Assembly (NCBI GenBank): GCA_039919015.1
Contig: JBDSGK010000017.1
Span: 17,380 to 81,379, forward strand
Direction of reading: 5' to 3'
Origin: Ferruginibacter sp.
GTDB lineage: Bacteria > Bacteroidota > Bacteroidia > Chitinophagales > Chitinophagaceae
DNA length: 64,000 nucleotides
The notes beneath the pieces were generated by a model. That model was not told the DNA's origin. It saw nothing but the letters and a program-made list of their open reading frames with translations, and made no database searches. The position numbers were made by a program, and so were the translations under genes. Positions 1 through 10,735 of this stretch are shown piece after piece; position 1 is the first letter of the stretch; each line of letters begins with the position of its first letter.

Positions 1-166
1 GTTCGTTCTTTTTCAAAGAACCCCGAAGGGGAGGGAAACGAAGAAGATTAATGTGAAGAATTAAGCGAAGAATGAAAAAAGTATTTAAATAATAAACTGT
101 CAACTTCCAGTTCCCTCTCCATAGGAGAGAGCCTGTCCCGATTTTTCGGGAGGTTGGGGTGAGGCC
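1..166. repeat. REPIN-like element, family B (CCCTCTCC..GGAGAGGG..GGGGTGAGG type), left end cut by the window edge
   Basis: Left arm CCCCGAAGGGGAGGGA (21-36). Right arm CCCTCTCCATAGGAGAGAG-[CCTGTCCCGATTTTTCGGGA]-GGTTGGGGTGAGG (about 113-165). Same architecture as 39816-40016. Confidence 0.7.
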
Positions 167-202
167 TTAAATAAATTATCCATTATTAAATTATCCATTG
201 TT

Positions 203-1162
203 ATGGTATTAGTTTTTTTAGATCAATCAGAAGGACACATCAAAAAATCAAGTTTTGAAGCAGCAAGCTACGGGGCTAAAGTGGCTGAACTTTTAGGCAC
301 AACAGCAGAAGCCATTGTATTAGGTAACGTTGCTGATGACCTGGCAAGTTTGGGCAACTACGGAATTAAAAAACTGCACACGGTAAAAAATGATGCACTT
401 GATCATGTAGATGCACAGGTGTTCACCAAAATAATTGCAGATGCAGCAAAAGCTGTTGATGCAAAAGTTATCATCTTCTCCAATAATTTTAACGGGAAAG
501 CCATTGCCCCACGTTTAAGTGTAAGGCTTAAAGCCGGGCTCGTTTCAGGTGCTGTTGCACTACCTGATTTAAGCAACGGATTTACAGTTAAGAAAAATGT
601 TTTCAGTGGTAAGGCATTTGCCCATGTTAGCATTTCTACGGATATTAAGATCATTTCCCTTAATCCAAATTCATACAGTATTACAGTTACTGCTGCAACT
701 GCAGAAGTTGCAGAATTTGCGGCAACAGTTGATGCAGCAAAAGTGCAGGTTACAGCTACTGATAAAGTGGTTGGCGAAATCCCATTGAGTGAGGCTGAAA
801 TTGTGGTTAGTGGCGGCCGCGGATTAAAAGGCCCCGAAAACTGGGCCCTGGTTACTGATCTTGCAAAATTATTGGGTGCAGCTACAGCCTGCAGCCGCCC
901 GGTTGCCGACAGCGACTGGCGTCCGCATCATGAGCATGTAGGCCAGACCGGTCTTGCCATTGCTCCCAATTTATATTTTGCCATTGGTATTTCTGGTGCT
1001 ATCCAGCATCTTGCCGGTGTGAACAGGAGTAAAGTGATCGTGGTTATTAATAAAGATCCGGAGGCCCCTTTCTTTAAAGCAGCTGATTATGGTATTGTAG
1101 GCGATGCATTTGAAGTAATGCCTAAGATCATTGAGGCAGTGAAGAAATTAAAGCACGCTTAA
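203..1162 (+). CDS. etfA: Electron transfer flavoprotein alpha subunit
   Basis: Motifs VVSGGRG, SRPVAD, QVGQTG-like HVGQTG, YFAIGISGAIQHLAG and INKDPEAP. Confidence 0.95.
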   Translation: MVLVFLDQSEGHIKKSSFEAASYGAKVAELLGTTAEAIVLGNVADDLASLGNYGIKKLHTVKNDALDHVDAQVFTKIIADAAKAVDAKVIIFSNNFNGKAIAPRLSVRLKAGLVSGAVALPDLSNGFTVKKNVFSGKAFAHVSISTDIKIISLNPNSYSITVTAATAEVAEFAATVDAAKVQVTATDKVVGEIPLSEAEIVVSGGRGLKGPENWALVTDLAKLLGAATACSRPVADSDWRPHHEHVGQTGLAIAPNLYFAIGISGAIQHLAGVNRSKVIVVINKDPEAPFFKAADYGIVGDAFEVMPKIIEAVKKLKHA

Positions 1163-1195
1163 ATTATTACATAATAAACAGACGGAATTATAATT

Positions 1196-1230
1196 AAAGT
1201 CTTTCAACTTAGTTTTGAAAGGCTTTTATT
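1196..1230 (+). terminator. Intrinsic terminator after etfA
   Basis: Stem AAAGTCTTTCAA / TTGAAAGGCTTT followed by a T-rich tail. Confidence 0.6.
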
Positions 1231-1231
1231 T

Positions 1232-1239
1232 TATATTTG
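1232..1239 (+). promoter_or_regulatory. Bacteroidota -7 promoter box (TAnnTTTG) upstream of the DUF151 gene
   Basis: TATATTTG at 1232-1239; a second copy at 1330-1337. Confidence 0.4.
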
Positions 1240-1383
1240 CTGCTTATACCATCTTTATTTATAAAGTGATCTGAAGGATTACGGTAAATATTAAATGGTA
1301 TAATACCGACACAAAAGCTGATCGCCTATTATATTTGTAGTCGGTATTTAACTGGAATAAAATTTTGTAACAGGAACCCGGGT

Positions 1384-1968
1384 ATGAAAAAAATAGAACT
1401 GGAAATTGTGGCCTTATCGCACAGCATTACACAAACCCACTCCTATGCGGTTGTGTTGGGAGAAATAAACGGCTTGCGTCGGCTGCCCATTGTTATTGGC
1501 GGATTTGAAGCACAAGCCATTGCCGTGGCACTGGAACGCATGAGTCCGAGCCGGCCCCTTACCCACGACCTGATGAAGAATTTTATGATGGCATTTAATG
1601 TAGAATTACATGAAGTGGTGATCAATGATCTGCAGGAAGGCATTTTTTACAGCAAACTGGTTTGCAGTTCGGCCAATGATACAGTGGAAATTGATTCCCG
1701 CACTTCTGATGCATTGGCACTGGCTGTAAGGTTTGGTTGTCCCATTTATACGTATGATACCATTTTAGACCAGGCTGGTATCTTAATGGAAGACGATGGA
1801 AAAACAAAGTCTGCAACTCCCGTAACCACCGAAACAGGCGGCAGTGATGACCTGAAAGCCCTATCATTAGAGGAATTGGAGGGATTACTTGCTGAGGTTT
1901 TAGATCATGAAGATTATATCAGGGCCATCGCTATACGGGATGAGATAAAAAGCCGAAAGAATCGCTGA
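1384..1968 (+). CDS. Bifunctional nuclease family protein (DUF151) with C-terminal UVR-like motif
   Basis: LPIVIGGFEAQAIA, RPLTHDL and IDSRTSDALALAVR motifs; C-terminal EDYIRAIAIRDEI. Confidence 0.9.
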   Translation: MKKIELEIVALSHSITQTHSYAVVLGEINGLRRLPIVIGGFEAQAIAVALERMSPSRPLTHDLMKNFMMAFNVELHEVVINDLQEGIFYSKLVCSSANDTVEIDSRTSDALALAVRFGCPIYTYDTILDQAGILMEDDGKTKSATPVTTETGGSDDLKALSLEELEGLLAEVLDHEDYIRAIAIRDEIKSRKNR

Positions 1969-2042
1969 TTAGAGGATTCTTTGATTGCGCAGATGCTGTT
2001 ACACAATAAAAAATCATTAATCATTTTTAATCAGCGTAATCT

Positions 2043-2867
2043 GTGATAGTTTTCCCCAATTGTAAAATAAATCTTGGCTTACAAATTCTTGGTAAAAGAG
2101 ATGATGGTTTTCATAACCTGGAGACTGTATTTTACCCGGTTCCTTTTAAAGATGCACTAGAATTAATTCCAAATAAAAATAATGCAGTAGAATTTACCGG
2201 AACTGGACTGGCAATTGATGGTAAATCCGAAGATAATCTTTGTGTTAAAGCATATCATTTATTAAAAAAAGATCACCCTCAACTCCCTGCTGTAAAAATA
2301 CATTTACACAAAACTATACCCCTGGGCGCCGGCCTGGGCGGTGGTTCTGCCGATGCTGCTTGTATGCTGAACTTACTGAATGATAAGTTTGATTTAAAAC
2401 TCTCAACAGCTCAATTACAAAACTATGCCCTCCAACTTGGCAGTGATGCTCCTTTTTTTATCATAAACAAACCCTGTTTCGCAACGGGGCGTGGAGAAAT
2501 GCTGGAAGAAGTAGCAGTGGATCTGTCTATGTACAAAATTAAATTGATCAATCCGGGGATCCACATAAGTACCGGCTGGGCATTTGCACAACGGCCTGAC
2601 GGCTTTGAGCCGTCTGACCGTTCTAACCTCAAAGAGATCATTCATCAGCCAATAGAAACCTGGAAAGCTGATCTGAAAAATGATTTTGAGAAGCCGGTAT
2701 TTGATGCTCACCCGGAGATACAAATGATCAAAGAATCTTTATACCAACAGGGCGCCGTCTATGCATCTATGAGCGGAAGCGGCAGTACTGTCTACGGAAT
2801 TTTTAATAATAAAATCAACACATCATCGTTTAAAGACAAGAACTATTTCATCAAGATCATAAATTAG
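2043..2867 (+). CDS. ispE: 4-diphosphocytidyl-2-C-methyl-D-erythritol kinase
   Basis: KINLGL, GFHNLET, IPLGAGLGGGSADAA, LGSDAPFF and SMSGSGSTVYG GHMP-kinase motifs; GTG start. Confidence 0.95.
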   Translation: MIVFPNCKINLGLQILGKRDDGFHNLETVFYPVPFKDALELIPNKNNAVEFTGTGLAIDGKSEDNLCVKAYHLLKKDHPQLPAVKIHLHKTIPLGAGLGGGSADAACMLNLLNDKFDLKLSTAQLQNYALQLGSDAPFFIINKPCFATGRGEMLEEVAVDLSMYKIKLINPGIHISTGWAFAQRPDGFEPSDRSNLKEIIHQPIETWKADLKNDFEKPVFDAHPEIQMIKESLYQQGAVYASMSGSGSTVYGIFNNKINTSSFKDKNYFIKIIN

Positions 2868-2964
2868 TTTATCTTGCGCAAAAATTAATACATCATTAAT
2901 ACGCTGTTAAACATATCATCTTTCCTCTACAGTAACCTCGACCTGCTCAATCATCGAGGATAAA

Positions 2965-2993
2965 GCCCCACCTGGCCTCCCCGAAGGGGAGGA
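2965..2993. repeat. Solitary family B REP hairpin
   Basis: GCCCCACCTGGCCTCCCCGAAGGGGAGGA; the core CCCCGAAGGGGAGG is shared with 21-34. Confidence 0.6.
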
Positions 2994-3032
2994 ACTACCG
3001 AATTTTATTTATTCTATTAAAAAATTCATATA

Positions 3033-4268
3033 ATGAATTCAACTATTTCCATATCTGCCAACACACAACAATATTTAGACCTGGAAGAAAAACATGGTGC
3101 ACACAATTATCATCCGTTGCCGGTTGTATTGAACCGCGGCGAAGGCGTTTTTTTATATGATGTAGATGGCAAACGCTACTATGATTTTTTAAGCGGCTAT
3201 TCAGCCGTTAACCAGGGCCACTGCCATCCAAAGATCATTGCTGCATTAATTGAACAGGCACAAAAGTTAACCCTTACCTCACGTGCATTCCACAGCAATG
3301 TATTGGGCGAATATGAAAAGTTTATAACGGAATATTTTGGGTATAATAAAGTGTTACCGGTGAACTCTGGTGTGGAAGCTGTAGAAACCGCCATCAAACT
3401 TTCCCGCAAATGGGCTTACGAAGTAAAAGGTATTGCTGCAGACCAGGCAAAGATCATTGTATGTGATGGCAATTTTCATGGCAGAACGGTCAATGTCATT
3501 TCTTTCAGCAGCGATCCTACTGCAAAAAATAATTACGGCCCTTTTGTTGCCGGATACGAATCAATACCATACAATGATTTACCCGCTTTAGAAACAGCTT
3601 TCCAGGACAGGAATGTTGCTGCATTTTTATTTGAACCGATACAGGGAGAAGCGGGTGTTGTTGTACCCGATGAAGGATATTTTAAAGGCATCCGTGATCT
3701 TTGTAATGAGTATCATGTTTTAATGGTTGCCGATGAGATACAGAGCGGGCTTGCTCGCACAGGAAAAATGCTGGCTTGTGATCATGAGAACGTGAGGCCC
3801 GATATCCTGATACTGGGTAAGGCCCTGAGCGGCGGTGTATTACCGGTGAGTGCTGTGCTGTGCGATGATGAGATCATGTTGACCATTAAACCAGGTGAAC
3901 ATGGAAGTACTTACGGTGGTAACCCATTAGCATGCGCTGTAGCCATTGCTGCCTTACAGGCTTTAAAAGCCGAGAATATGGCTGCAAATGCAGAGACCAT
4001 GGGTGAAATGTTGCGCAGTGAATTGAAAAAACTGAACTCCCCATTTATATCCATAATAAGAGGCAGGGGATTATTAAATGCAATAGTTATTAAACATTCA
4101 AATCCTGATGCAGCATGGGAATTATGTTTGCTGATGAAAGAAAATGGTTTGCTGGCAAAGCCAACACATGGCGATAAGATACGCTTTGCCCCTCCCCTTG
4201 TTATTACTAAAGAACAGGTAATGGAATGTGTGGGTATAATTGATACAAGTTTGAAGCAGCTTGCATAA
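3033..4268 (+). CDS. rocD: Ornithine--oxo-acid transaminase (class III PLP aminotransferase)
   Basis: [48 protein letters not shown] and GKALSGG (PLP Lys). Confidence 0.95.
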   Translation: MNSTISISANTQQYLDLEEKHGAHNYHPLPVVLNRGEGVFLYDVDGKRYYDFLSGYSAVNQGHCHPKIIAALIEQAQKLTLTSRAFHSNVLGEYEKFITEYFGYNKVLPVNSGVEAVETAIKLSRKWAYEVKGIAADQAKIIVCDGNFHGRTVNVISFSSDPTAKNNYGPFVAGYESIPYNDLPALETAFQDRNVAAFLFEPIQGEAGVVVPDEGYFKGIRDLCNEYHVLMVADEIQSGLARTGKMLACDHENVRPDILILGKALSGGVLPVSAVLCDDEIMLTIKPGEHGSTYGGNPLACAVAIAALQALKAENMAANAETMGEMLRSELKKLNSPFISIIRGRGLLNAIVIKHSNPDAAWELCLLMKENGLLAKPTHGDKIRFAPPLVITKEQVMECVGIIDTSLKQLA

Positions 4269-4356
4269 ATGCATGACGAAACTCAGCTGTTGAGATAATA
4301 TTCACCGGTTTTCTTTTGGTTTGTAAAACCGTATCTTAGTTTTTCAAATACAATTT

Positions 4357-5067
4357 ATGGATACGCATCTTCATCATGACCACATTGAATCGCATTTAAA
4401 AAGTTCCGACCTGTTAAGAGACGTGGTTATTGGCATGAGTGATGGCTTAACGGTTCCCTTTGCATTGGCTGCAGGTTTAAGTGGTGCGGTAGATCAAAGC
4501 AGCATCATTGTGATCGCCGGCATTGCGGAAGTTGCGGCCGGCAGTATTGCTATGGGACTGGGTGGTTACCTGGCCGGCAAAACAGAACAGGATCATTATA
4601 CAAGTGAAGTGAAAAGAGAATATGATGAAGTGGAAAACCTGCGCCACAGGGAAATAGAAGAAACAAAAGAATTCTTTGCCAATATCGGCCTGAGTCCTGC
4701 ATTACAGGAACAGGCCACAGCAGAAATTTCGCAGGATAAGGACCGTTGGGTTGAATTTATGATGAAGTATGAACTGGGCCTGGATAAACCCGATCCCAGG
4801 CGTGCTACCAAAAGCGCATTGAATATCGGCCTCTCTTATATCGCCGGCGGCATCATCCCTTTAAGCCCATATTTTTTTATTGATGATTCAACAGAGGCTT
4901 TAAAAATATCTGTTATTGCCACGTTGATCTGCCTTTTTGTTTTTGGATTTTTTAAAAGCAAAATGACGGGCATCAACCCGGTTTGGGGTGCATTAAAAGT
5001 TACTTTGATCGGCGCTGTGGCTGCAGCTGCTGCATTTGGTGTAGCCAAATTATTTGAAGCGCATTGA
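4357..5067 (+). CDS. VIT1/CCC1 family iron/manganese transporter
   Basis: LRDVVIGMSDGLTVPFAL, AGSIAMGLGGYLA and MMKYELGL motifs; His-rich N-terminus. Confidence 0.9.
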   Translation: MDTHLHHDHIESHLKSSDLLRDVVIGMSDGLTVPFALAAGLSGAVDQSSIIVIAGIAEVAAGSIAMGLGGYLAGKTEQDHYTSEVKREYDEVENLRHREIEETKEFFANIGLSPALQEQATAEISQDKDRWVEFMMKYELGLDKPDPRRATKSALNIGLSYIAGGIIPLSPYFFIDDSTEALKISVIATLICLFVFGFFKSKMTGINPVWGALKVTLIGAVAAAAAFGVAKLFEAH

Positions 5068-5078
5068 GCCGGGATATT

Positions 5079-6254
5079 TTAAAAAATATTTTCTAAATAC
5101 TTATATCCCGAACCCGTATTCAGCAATAATATATTTTCATCACGGTCTATAAACCCTTGCATTACCAGTTTTAATAACCCGGCCCAAACTGCCCCACCTT
5201 CCGGTGCAACCAGTATCCCTTCTGAACCTGCGATCTCTTTTACTCCTGAAATCATTTCCTGTTCTGTAACTGATAAGGCAGATCCTGACGATTCCAATAA
5301 TGTTTCCATGATCAGGTCTTCTCCAAAAGGATTTGGTACCGCCAATCCATTTGCAACAGATGCCGCTCCTTTATAGTGTGAAGCATTTTGATGTAAGCCT
5401 TTCCATGAATAAACAATGGGTTGGCAATTTTCAGCCTGCACTGCGATCATCCTGGGGAGTCTGTTTTCTATCCAACCCATGGCGATCATTTCTTTAAAAG
5501 CTTTCCAGATAGCGATCAAGCCGGTTCCTCCGCCCGTTGGATATACAATTACGTCGGGCAATTGCCAATTATACTGCTCTGCTATTTCATATCCCAATGT
5601 CTTTTTCCCTTCAAGCCGGAACGGTTCTTTTAAAGTGGACATATCAAAAACATCTTGCTGCTGCTGCATGGTCTTCGCCAGTTTTCCACAATCACTGATC
5701 AGGCCTTCTACCAGGATCACACGTGCACCGTACAACTCACACTCCTGCTGAAATATTTTGGGCGTATGCCTGGGCATTATTACAGTGGCTTCAATACCCG
5801 CCTTTGCGCAATAAGCGCTCAACGCACCGCCCGCATTGCCTGCTGTAGGAACGATGCAGGATTGTATATCCATTTCTTTTGCCTTTGAAACAGCAACACT
5901 TAATCCCCTTGCTTTAAAACTTCCGGTTGGATTTAGTGATTCATCTTTTAAAAAAAGTTGAGGCAAAGCATATTTTTTTCCCAAATTATGTAAGGGCAGA
6001 ACTGGCGTCATTCCTTCTCCCAGGCTGATCTTATTTTTTTTATTGAATACCGGCAACATCGCATGATAGCGCCACATGGTATTATCATGCCTGTCTATAT
6101 GCATTTTAGAAAATCCGGCATCAAAGCCATATTTCGCAGTTAAAGGTTTATTACAGCAGATTGAAAATGTATGTATTTGTTGAGGATCATATTCCTGTCC
6201 GCATTTTGAACACTGCAGACCCTGAAACAAAGAATAGCATTCTAAAGTTAACAT
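5079..6254 (-). CDS. thrC: Threonine synthase-like PLP enzyme (fold type II)
   Basis: SLGEGMTP, KDESLNPTGSFKARG, TAGNAG, EGKKTLGYE and YPTGGGTG motifs; N-terminal CxxC. Exact substrate uncertain. Confidence 0.8.
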   Translation of the reverse strand: MLTLECYSLFQGLQCSKCGQEYDPQQIHTFSICCNKPLTAKYGFDAGFSKMHIDRHDNTMWRYHAMLPVFNKKNKISLGEGMTPVLPLHNLGKKYALPQLFLKDESLNPTGSFKARGLSVAVSKAKEMDIQSCIVPTAGNAGGALSAYCAKAGIEATVIMPRHTPKIFQQECELYGARVILVEGLISDCGKLAKTMQQQQDVFDMSTLKEPFRLEGKKTLGYEIAEQYNWQLPDVIVYPTGGGTGLIAIWKAFKEMIAMGWIENRLPRMIAVQAENCQPIVYSWKGLHQNASHYKGAASVANGLAVPNPFGEDLIMETLLESSGSALSVTEQEMISGVKEIAGSEGILVAPEGGAVWAGLLKLVMQGFIDRDENILLLNTGSGYKYLENIF

Positions 6255-6319
6255 AGCGTTGGTTTAAAAATCAAAGCTATCATTATGTGTTTGCTTTTTT
6301 TGGTTCAATAAGTGATGGC

Positions 6320-7228
6320 TTATAACAATTGATTATAGTGGGCAATGGCCATCTTGATGAACAGGTTATTCATTTTATCGTTACCATTCCCCTGTCGTTG
6401 TACAAAATAAAATTCCCTGGAGATGTGGAGGCCGGGGATATTGAGCCTTACCAGTTCTTTTGAATGCAACTGTTTGGCAACAGATCGTAAAGGCAGGAAC
6501 CCGATACAGGTATCATCGAGCAAAAAATTCTTTAATGCTTCTGTTCCACCTAAAATGATCCTGGTTTCCAGGTCAGCTAACCTGATATTATGTTTAAGCA
6601 GCCCCTCAGTTACTGCAGCCAGTGTTCCGGATCCTCGCTCCCGTAAAGCCACATCCATCATTTTTAATTCCTGTACATTTATTTTGCGCTTCTTTGCCAA
6701 ATGGCTTTTTGCAGAACATACCGGAACCACTTCATCCTTTAAAAAGAATTTATAACTCACTGAAGTGATCTTATTTTTTCCTTCAATAATGCCCAGGTCT
6801 ATTTCCTGCTCCATTAGCGCTTTGAGTATATTTTCGGAATTGCGGTTAACCAATCGCAAACTTATATGAGGATAAGCCTTGTGAAAAGCAGATAGAATGC
6901 CGGGCATTACATATAATGCCACGGTTGTGCTGGCTCCAACCACTAATGAACCTTTGGCCTGTTGCTTATTTTTTACTACAGAAATATCAAATTCAAGCGT
7001 GCGCTGAATTTTCCTTGCGTTGCCGATATGTTCATATAAGATCGCTCCTTCTTTGGTAAGTAAGATAGAATTGCCTTTACGCTCAAACAAGTTGATATTA
7101 TACTGCTGCTCCAGGTTCTTTATATGTTTGCTGATGGCTGGCTGGCTTATAAACAATAGCTCCGCTGCTTTGGAAAAACTTAAGTTCCGGGCTACTTCAA
7201 AAAATACGATATGATTAAAACTCAGCAT
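6320..7228 (-). CDS. LysR family transcriptional regulator (CysL/YeiE-like)
   Basis: N-terminal HTH SFSKAAELLFISQPAISKHIKNLE; substrate domain with REXGSGT and LGGTEALK. Start overlaps the CDF stop (TAATG). Confidence 0.9.
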   Translation of the reverse strand: MLSFNHIVFFEVARNLSFSKAAELLFISQPAISKHIKNLEQQYNINLFERKGNSILLTKEGAILYEHIGNARKIQRTLEFDISVVKNKQQAKGSLVVGASTTVALYVMPGILSAFHKAYPHISLRLVNRNSENILKALMEQEIDLGIIEGKNKITSVSYKFFLKDEVVPVCSAKSHLAKKRKINVQELKMMDVALRERGSGTLAAVTEGLLKHNIRLADLETRIILGGTEALKNFLLDDTCIGFLPLRSVAKQLHSKELVRLNIPGLHISREFYFVQRQGNGNDKMNNLFIKMAIAHYNQLL

Positions 7229-8241
7229 TAAAATTTGTTCTTGTCTTTTTCAGTAATTAAAAGCCTGTGTTTATTATTGCTGGAAATATTCTCCATTGTC
7301 CACTCCACTTTTCTTTCAAATGGATGTTGACGTACCCTACACTCAAACTTTGAACATATGCTGCATGAAAATTCCAGGCATCCATCTGAATGAACAAAGA
7401 GTTCAACAGATTCGCCAAATTCATTTTTAACCAGGGTAGATAAAGCATCAATTTCATTATGCGCCTCATGTACATTTAAATACCAGGGCACTGTAAGGTG
7501 ACAATCCAGGTGAATGGTGCTGCCGTACTTAATGATACGTAGGTTATGCAGATCAATCCAGTTCACCCTGCGGTTTGCATTCAGCATCTCCACCATTTTT
7601 TTCAGGAGTTTTGTATCAGCTTCATCCATGATGCCTGCCAAAGATGATCTTAAAATTTTATAGCCGGTGAAAATGATGAATAATGCAAACAATATGGCTA
7701 TGGCACTGTCGAGCCAGGCAATGCCGGTAATCAATATCACTACGAGCCCTACAACAATGCCCATGGTGGACCAGGTATCCGTTTGCAGGTGCTTACCGGT
7801 CGATATCAATGCCAGTGAATTATTTTTCTTCCCGGTTTTAATACATACCGAACCCGCAAAATAATTGATGATCCCGGTTATGGCTACCAGGATGATACCA
7901 TAGTCAAGTTTTTTTATATCATGTGGATGAACCAGGTTATTAAAAGCTTCATATATTATGATAACCCCCGCAAGGGAAATCAATGTTCCTTCCATGGCAG
8001 CAGAAATAAATTCAGCCTTACCATGCCCATAGGGATGGTCTTTGTCACGGGGCTTGGCAGAAACATACAAGCTGTAAACACCAATAAATCCCGCAACCAC
8101 ATTCACAATACTTTCAAACGCATCGGTAAGTATCGCTACAGAGCCGGTGAGATACCAGGCAATCGTTTTAGCTATTAAAAGCAAAACAGATAATGCGGTG
8201 ATCCTTTTCTGGATCTTTAAATTATAAAGTGCGTTTTGCAA
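7228..8241 (-). CDS. Cation diffusion facilitator family transporter
   Basis: SVAILTDAFES, DKDHPYGHGKAE and HLQTD motifs; C-terminal Cys-rich tail CLEFSCSICSKFECRVR. Confidence 0.9.
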   Translation of the reverse strand: MQNALYNLKIQKRITALSVLLLIAKTIAWYLTGSVAILTDAFESIVNVVAGFIGVYSLYVSAKPRDKDHPYGHGKAEFISAAMEGTLISLAGVIIIYEAFNNLVHPHDIKKLDYGIILVAITGIINYFAGSVCIKTGKKNNSLALISTGKHLQTDTWSTMGIVVGLVVILITGIAWLDSAIAILFALFIIFTGYKILRSSLAGIMDEADTKLLKKMVEMLNANRRVNWIDLHNLRIIKYGSTIHLDCHLTVPWYLNVHEAHNEIDALSTLVKNEFGESVELFVHSDGCLEFSCSICSKFECRVRQHPFERKVEWTMENISSNNKHRLLITEKDKNKF

Positions 8242-8294
8242 TACAAAATGGTTGAGTGCAAAGATACGAACCAGCGCTGTTCCGGCGTGATTAA

Positions 8295-9644
8295 CTAAGC
8301 GTTGATCAAAATTCGTTTATGGGGATTAGCTTCGGCAAATGAATAAATATTATTGCGGATATAATCATTATCTGCATAAGGATGGAGGAAATGCTTCAGT
8401 TCTTCAGAAGATGCAATGGGAAAGGACTTGGGCAAATATCCCATACCCCAAAAACAGCCCCGTTCAACCAGCAAACATAATTTTTCTGTTGCTGTGATCC
8501 CTTCATCCACCAAAACAAAACTGGGCAGGTTCGCAGATAAAGCGTCGAGCGCCCTTTTTATTTTTGAATTATAAATGGCCGGGGGTTCGAGGGCCTCATC
8601 CTCCGTTTGCGTAAACGGTGTTTTATCAATAAAACAAAGCTTTGCATTCAGGTCAAATTCTTCCTGCATTTTTTTTAGCAATACCAACCCTTCATTCAAT
8701 AAACTGAAGTTGTATAAATGCGGCAGGTTCTTTTTCTTCTTATCAATGGCCAGTCGGATATATCCCCGGTTATCTTCAAAAGAATACAATGCGAATTTTA
8801 TCAATGGTTGCTTCTGGCTCTTATTGTAACGGGGCCATAATCTTTTTATTTCCGTACTTTCCAGCACAATGGCTTCCAGCTCAGTTGCGCATTGTTTGTA
8901 AGAGACCTTATAAATGTTCCGGATAAAATTTTGTCTTTTCAGATCAGGATCATTGTGTGTAAAGTGGCTGCTCACCCTTTTTTTAAGATTGATGGCTTTG
9001 CCAACATAAATGACCTTGTCTTTATTGTTATGAAAATAATAAACCCCGGGTTTGGCAGGCAGTTTATCAATCACTTCTTTATCAAGGTTAAGCGGCAGCC
9101 AATGTTCGGCCGAGGTCCGTTTAAGCATCTGGTCAATATGCGTTTGGGCACCATTGGCCAGCATATGTTCAAACAGCTTTACCGTTGCTTTTGCATCTCC
9201 GCCGGCACGGTGCCTGTTCTCAATATGTATTTGCAAAGAGCGGCAAAGATTGCCTAGGCTATAGGATTGCAGGCCCGGAAAAACTCTTCTTCCCAACCTT
9301 ACCGTGCATAATTTTTTTGCGGTCAGATCATAGCCCGATCGTTTGAACTGGTGTTTTAAAAAAGAGTAATCAAAGTTTACATTGTGGGCAATAAAAATAT
9401 TTTCATTCAGGATATCAAACAGCACGTCTGCTATTTCATCAAATACGGGTGCATCCGCCACCATGGCATTATCAATGCCGGTAAGTGAAGTAATGAATTT
9501 TGGAATGAGTTGCTGCGGGTTGATTAAAGTTTCAAAATGTTTGACCACCCTTTCTCCATCATGAACAAATATAGATATCTCGGTAATACCATTGGCAGAT
9601 GCGTGGCCACCGGTTGTTTCAATATCTACAATTGCGTAATTCAT
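8295..9644 (-). CDS. DnaQ-like 3'-5' exonuclease fused to a GIY-YIG (UvrC/Cho-type) nuclease domain
   Basis: Exo motifs VDIETTG, AHNVNFD and HRAGGDA; GIY-YIG PGVYYFH...VIYVGKAINLKKRVSSHF. Confidence 0.9.
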   Translation of the reverse strand: MNYAIVDIETTGGHASANGITEISIFVHDGERVVKHFETLINPQQLIPKFITSLTGIDNAMVADAPVFDEIADVLFDILNENIFIAHNVNFDYSFLKHQFKRSGYDLTAKKLCTVRLGRRVFPGLQSYSLGNLCRSLQIHIENRHRAGGDAKATVKLFEHMLANGAQTHIDQMLKRTSAEHWLPLNLDKEVIDKLPAKPGVYYFHNNKDKVIYVGKAINLKKRVSSHFTHNDPDLKRQNFIRNIYKVSYKQCATELEAIVLESTEIKRLWPRYNKSQKQPLIKFALYSFEDNRGYIRLAIDKKKKNLPHLYNFSLLNEGLVLLKKMQEEFDLNAKLCFIDKTPFTQTEDEALEPPAIYNSKIKRALDALSANLPSFVLVDEGITATEKLCLLVERGCFWGMGYLPKSFPIASSEELKHFLHPYADNDYIRNNIYSFAEANPHKRILINA

Positions 9645-9732
9645 CGGGCATCGAAAATACTGATTTGTTCAGTCAATAAATATTTTTTCTGCAGGCATTA
9701 ATGCTGCAAATTTGTTAAACAATAATTCAGCT

Positions 9733-10062
9733 ATGGAAATTAAACCATTCCCCTTTCAAACACTTGACTGGACAGGCATTGAACCTGAACTGCACCAGGG
9801 AACAACAGGAACCTCCTCCTGGAAGATCTTTAAAATGGGAGATATCAGGGTACGTATGGTAGAACATTCGGCCAATTATAGTGCCGACCATTGGTGTGAT
9901 AAGGGACATATTATTTATTGTATTGCCGGGCAAATGATAACAAAGCTGCAGGATGGCCGTGAATTTACTTTATCTGCGGGCATGACCTATCATGTTGGCG
10001 ACAACAGCGATGCCCATAGCAGCAGGTCAGAACTTGGCTGTAGTTTATTTATTGTTGATTAA
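9733..10062 (+). CDS. DHCW-motif cupin-fold protein
   Basis: YSADHWCDKGH motif and cupin-like LSAGMTYHVGD. ATG at 9733 preferred over the ORF-track 9712. Confidence 0.8.
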   Translation: MEIKPFPFQTLDWTGIEPELHQGTTGTSSWKIFKMGDIRVRMVEHSANYSADHWCDKGHIIYCIAGQMITKLQDGREFTLSAGMTYHVGDNSDAHSSRSELGCSLFIVD

Positions 10063-10735
10063 GTTGCTCGTCTTCCTCATCATGTGTGAACTTATGCACG
10101 GCGTCTTTGTGAAGTAGCATTTTAACAGCCTGTATCAAAGCCGTTAAAGCGAAGATGCCACCAATAACCCAATTGAGGTATTGCTGGCTGTTCCCTATTC
10201 TTTCTACCAACCATTTACCGCCGAATATAAAAACACAGTTTCCTAATAAAGTTCCGATGCCAATACCTAAAATATAAATATTGTACTGCAATTTTACCGG
10301 TTCCAGTATCTTTTTTGTAAATAGAACAGTACTCCACCCAAACCAGAATGGGATCTGTACGGGGTTGATGGCGCACATGAACATCCCCAGTAAAAAGCGA
10401 TGCATGGTAGTTTGTAGTATCACATTTTTACTATCGCCTCCTTCTTTGGTGGCTGCAATAAAACTACCCACTGCCAGGGCAATGATGATGAGGAGCGTGA
10501 TCCATTCCATTACCTTCATCAGTTTCTCCTGCTTACGTATCCAGTCTACACCAATTAAGGAAACACGCACATAGATCATTTCAACCAGTAAAGATCCAAG
10601 AGAAAATTCCATGGCATGAGTAATGCTTTCCTGTATGCCGATCTGCATGGCAGCCACATTAAGCGTACCCAAAGGTAAAGAGCCCAGGAAACTGATCAGT
10701 AAGCCCCAACAAAAAATGCGTAACAATTTCGGCAT
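10049..10735 (-). CDS. LysE family translocator
   Basis: GLLISFLGSLPLGTLNVA N-terminal LysE motif; multiple TM helices; INPVQIPFW. Confidence 0.8.
   Translation of the reverse strand: MPKLLRIFCWGLLISFLGSLPLGTLNVAAMQIGIQESITHAMEFSLGSLLVEMIYVRVSLIGVDWIRKQEKLMKVMEWITLLIIIALAVGSFIAATKEGGDSKNVILQTTMHRFLLGMFMCAINPVQIPFWFGWSTVLFTKKILEPVKLQYNIYILGIGIGTLLGNCVFIFGGKWLVERIGNSQQYLNWVIGGIFALTALIQAVKMLLHKDAVHKFTHDEEDEQLNQQ

Noticed and set aside
8295-9644. Exonuclease-GIY-YIG fusion as a novel defence or repair system
   Set aside because: DnaQ-Cho/UvrC-type fusions are a known, widespread architecture, and no defence-associated partners are adjacent.
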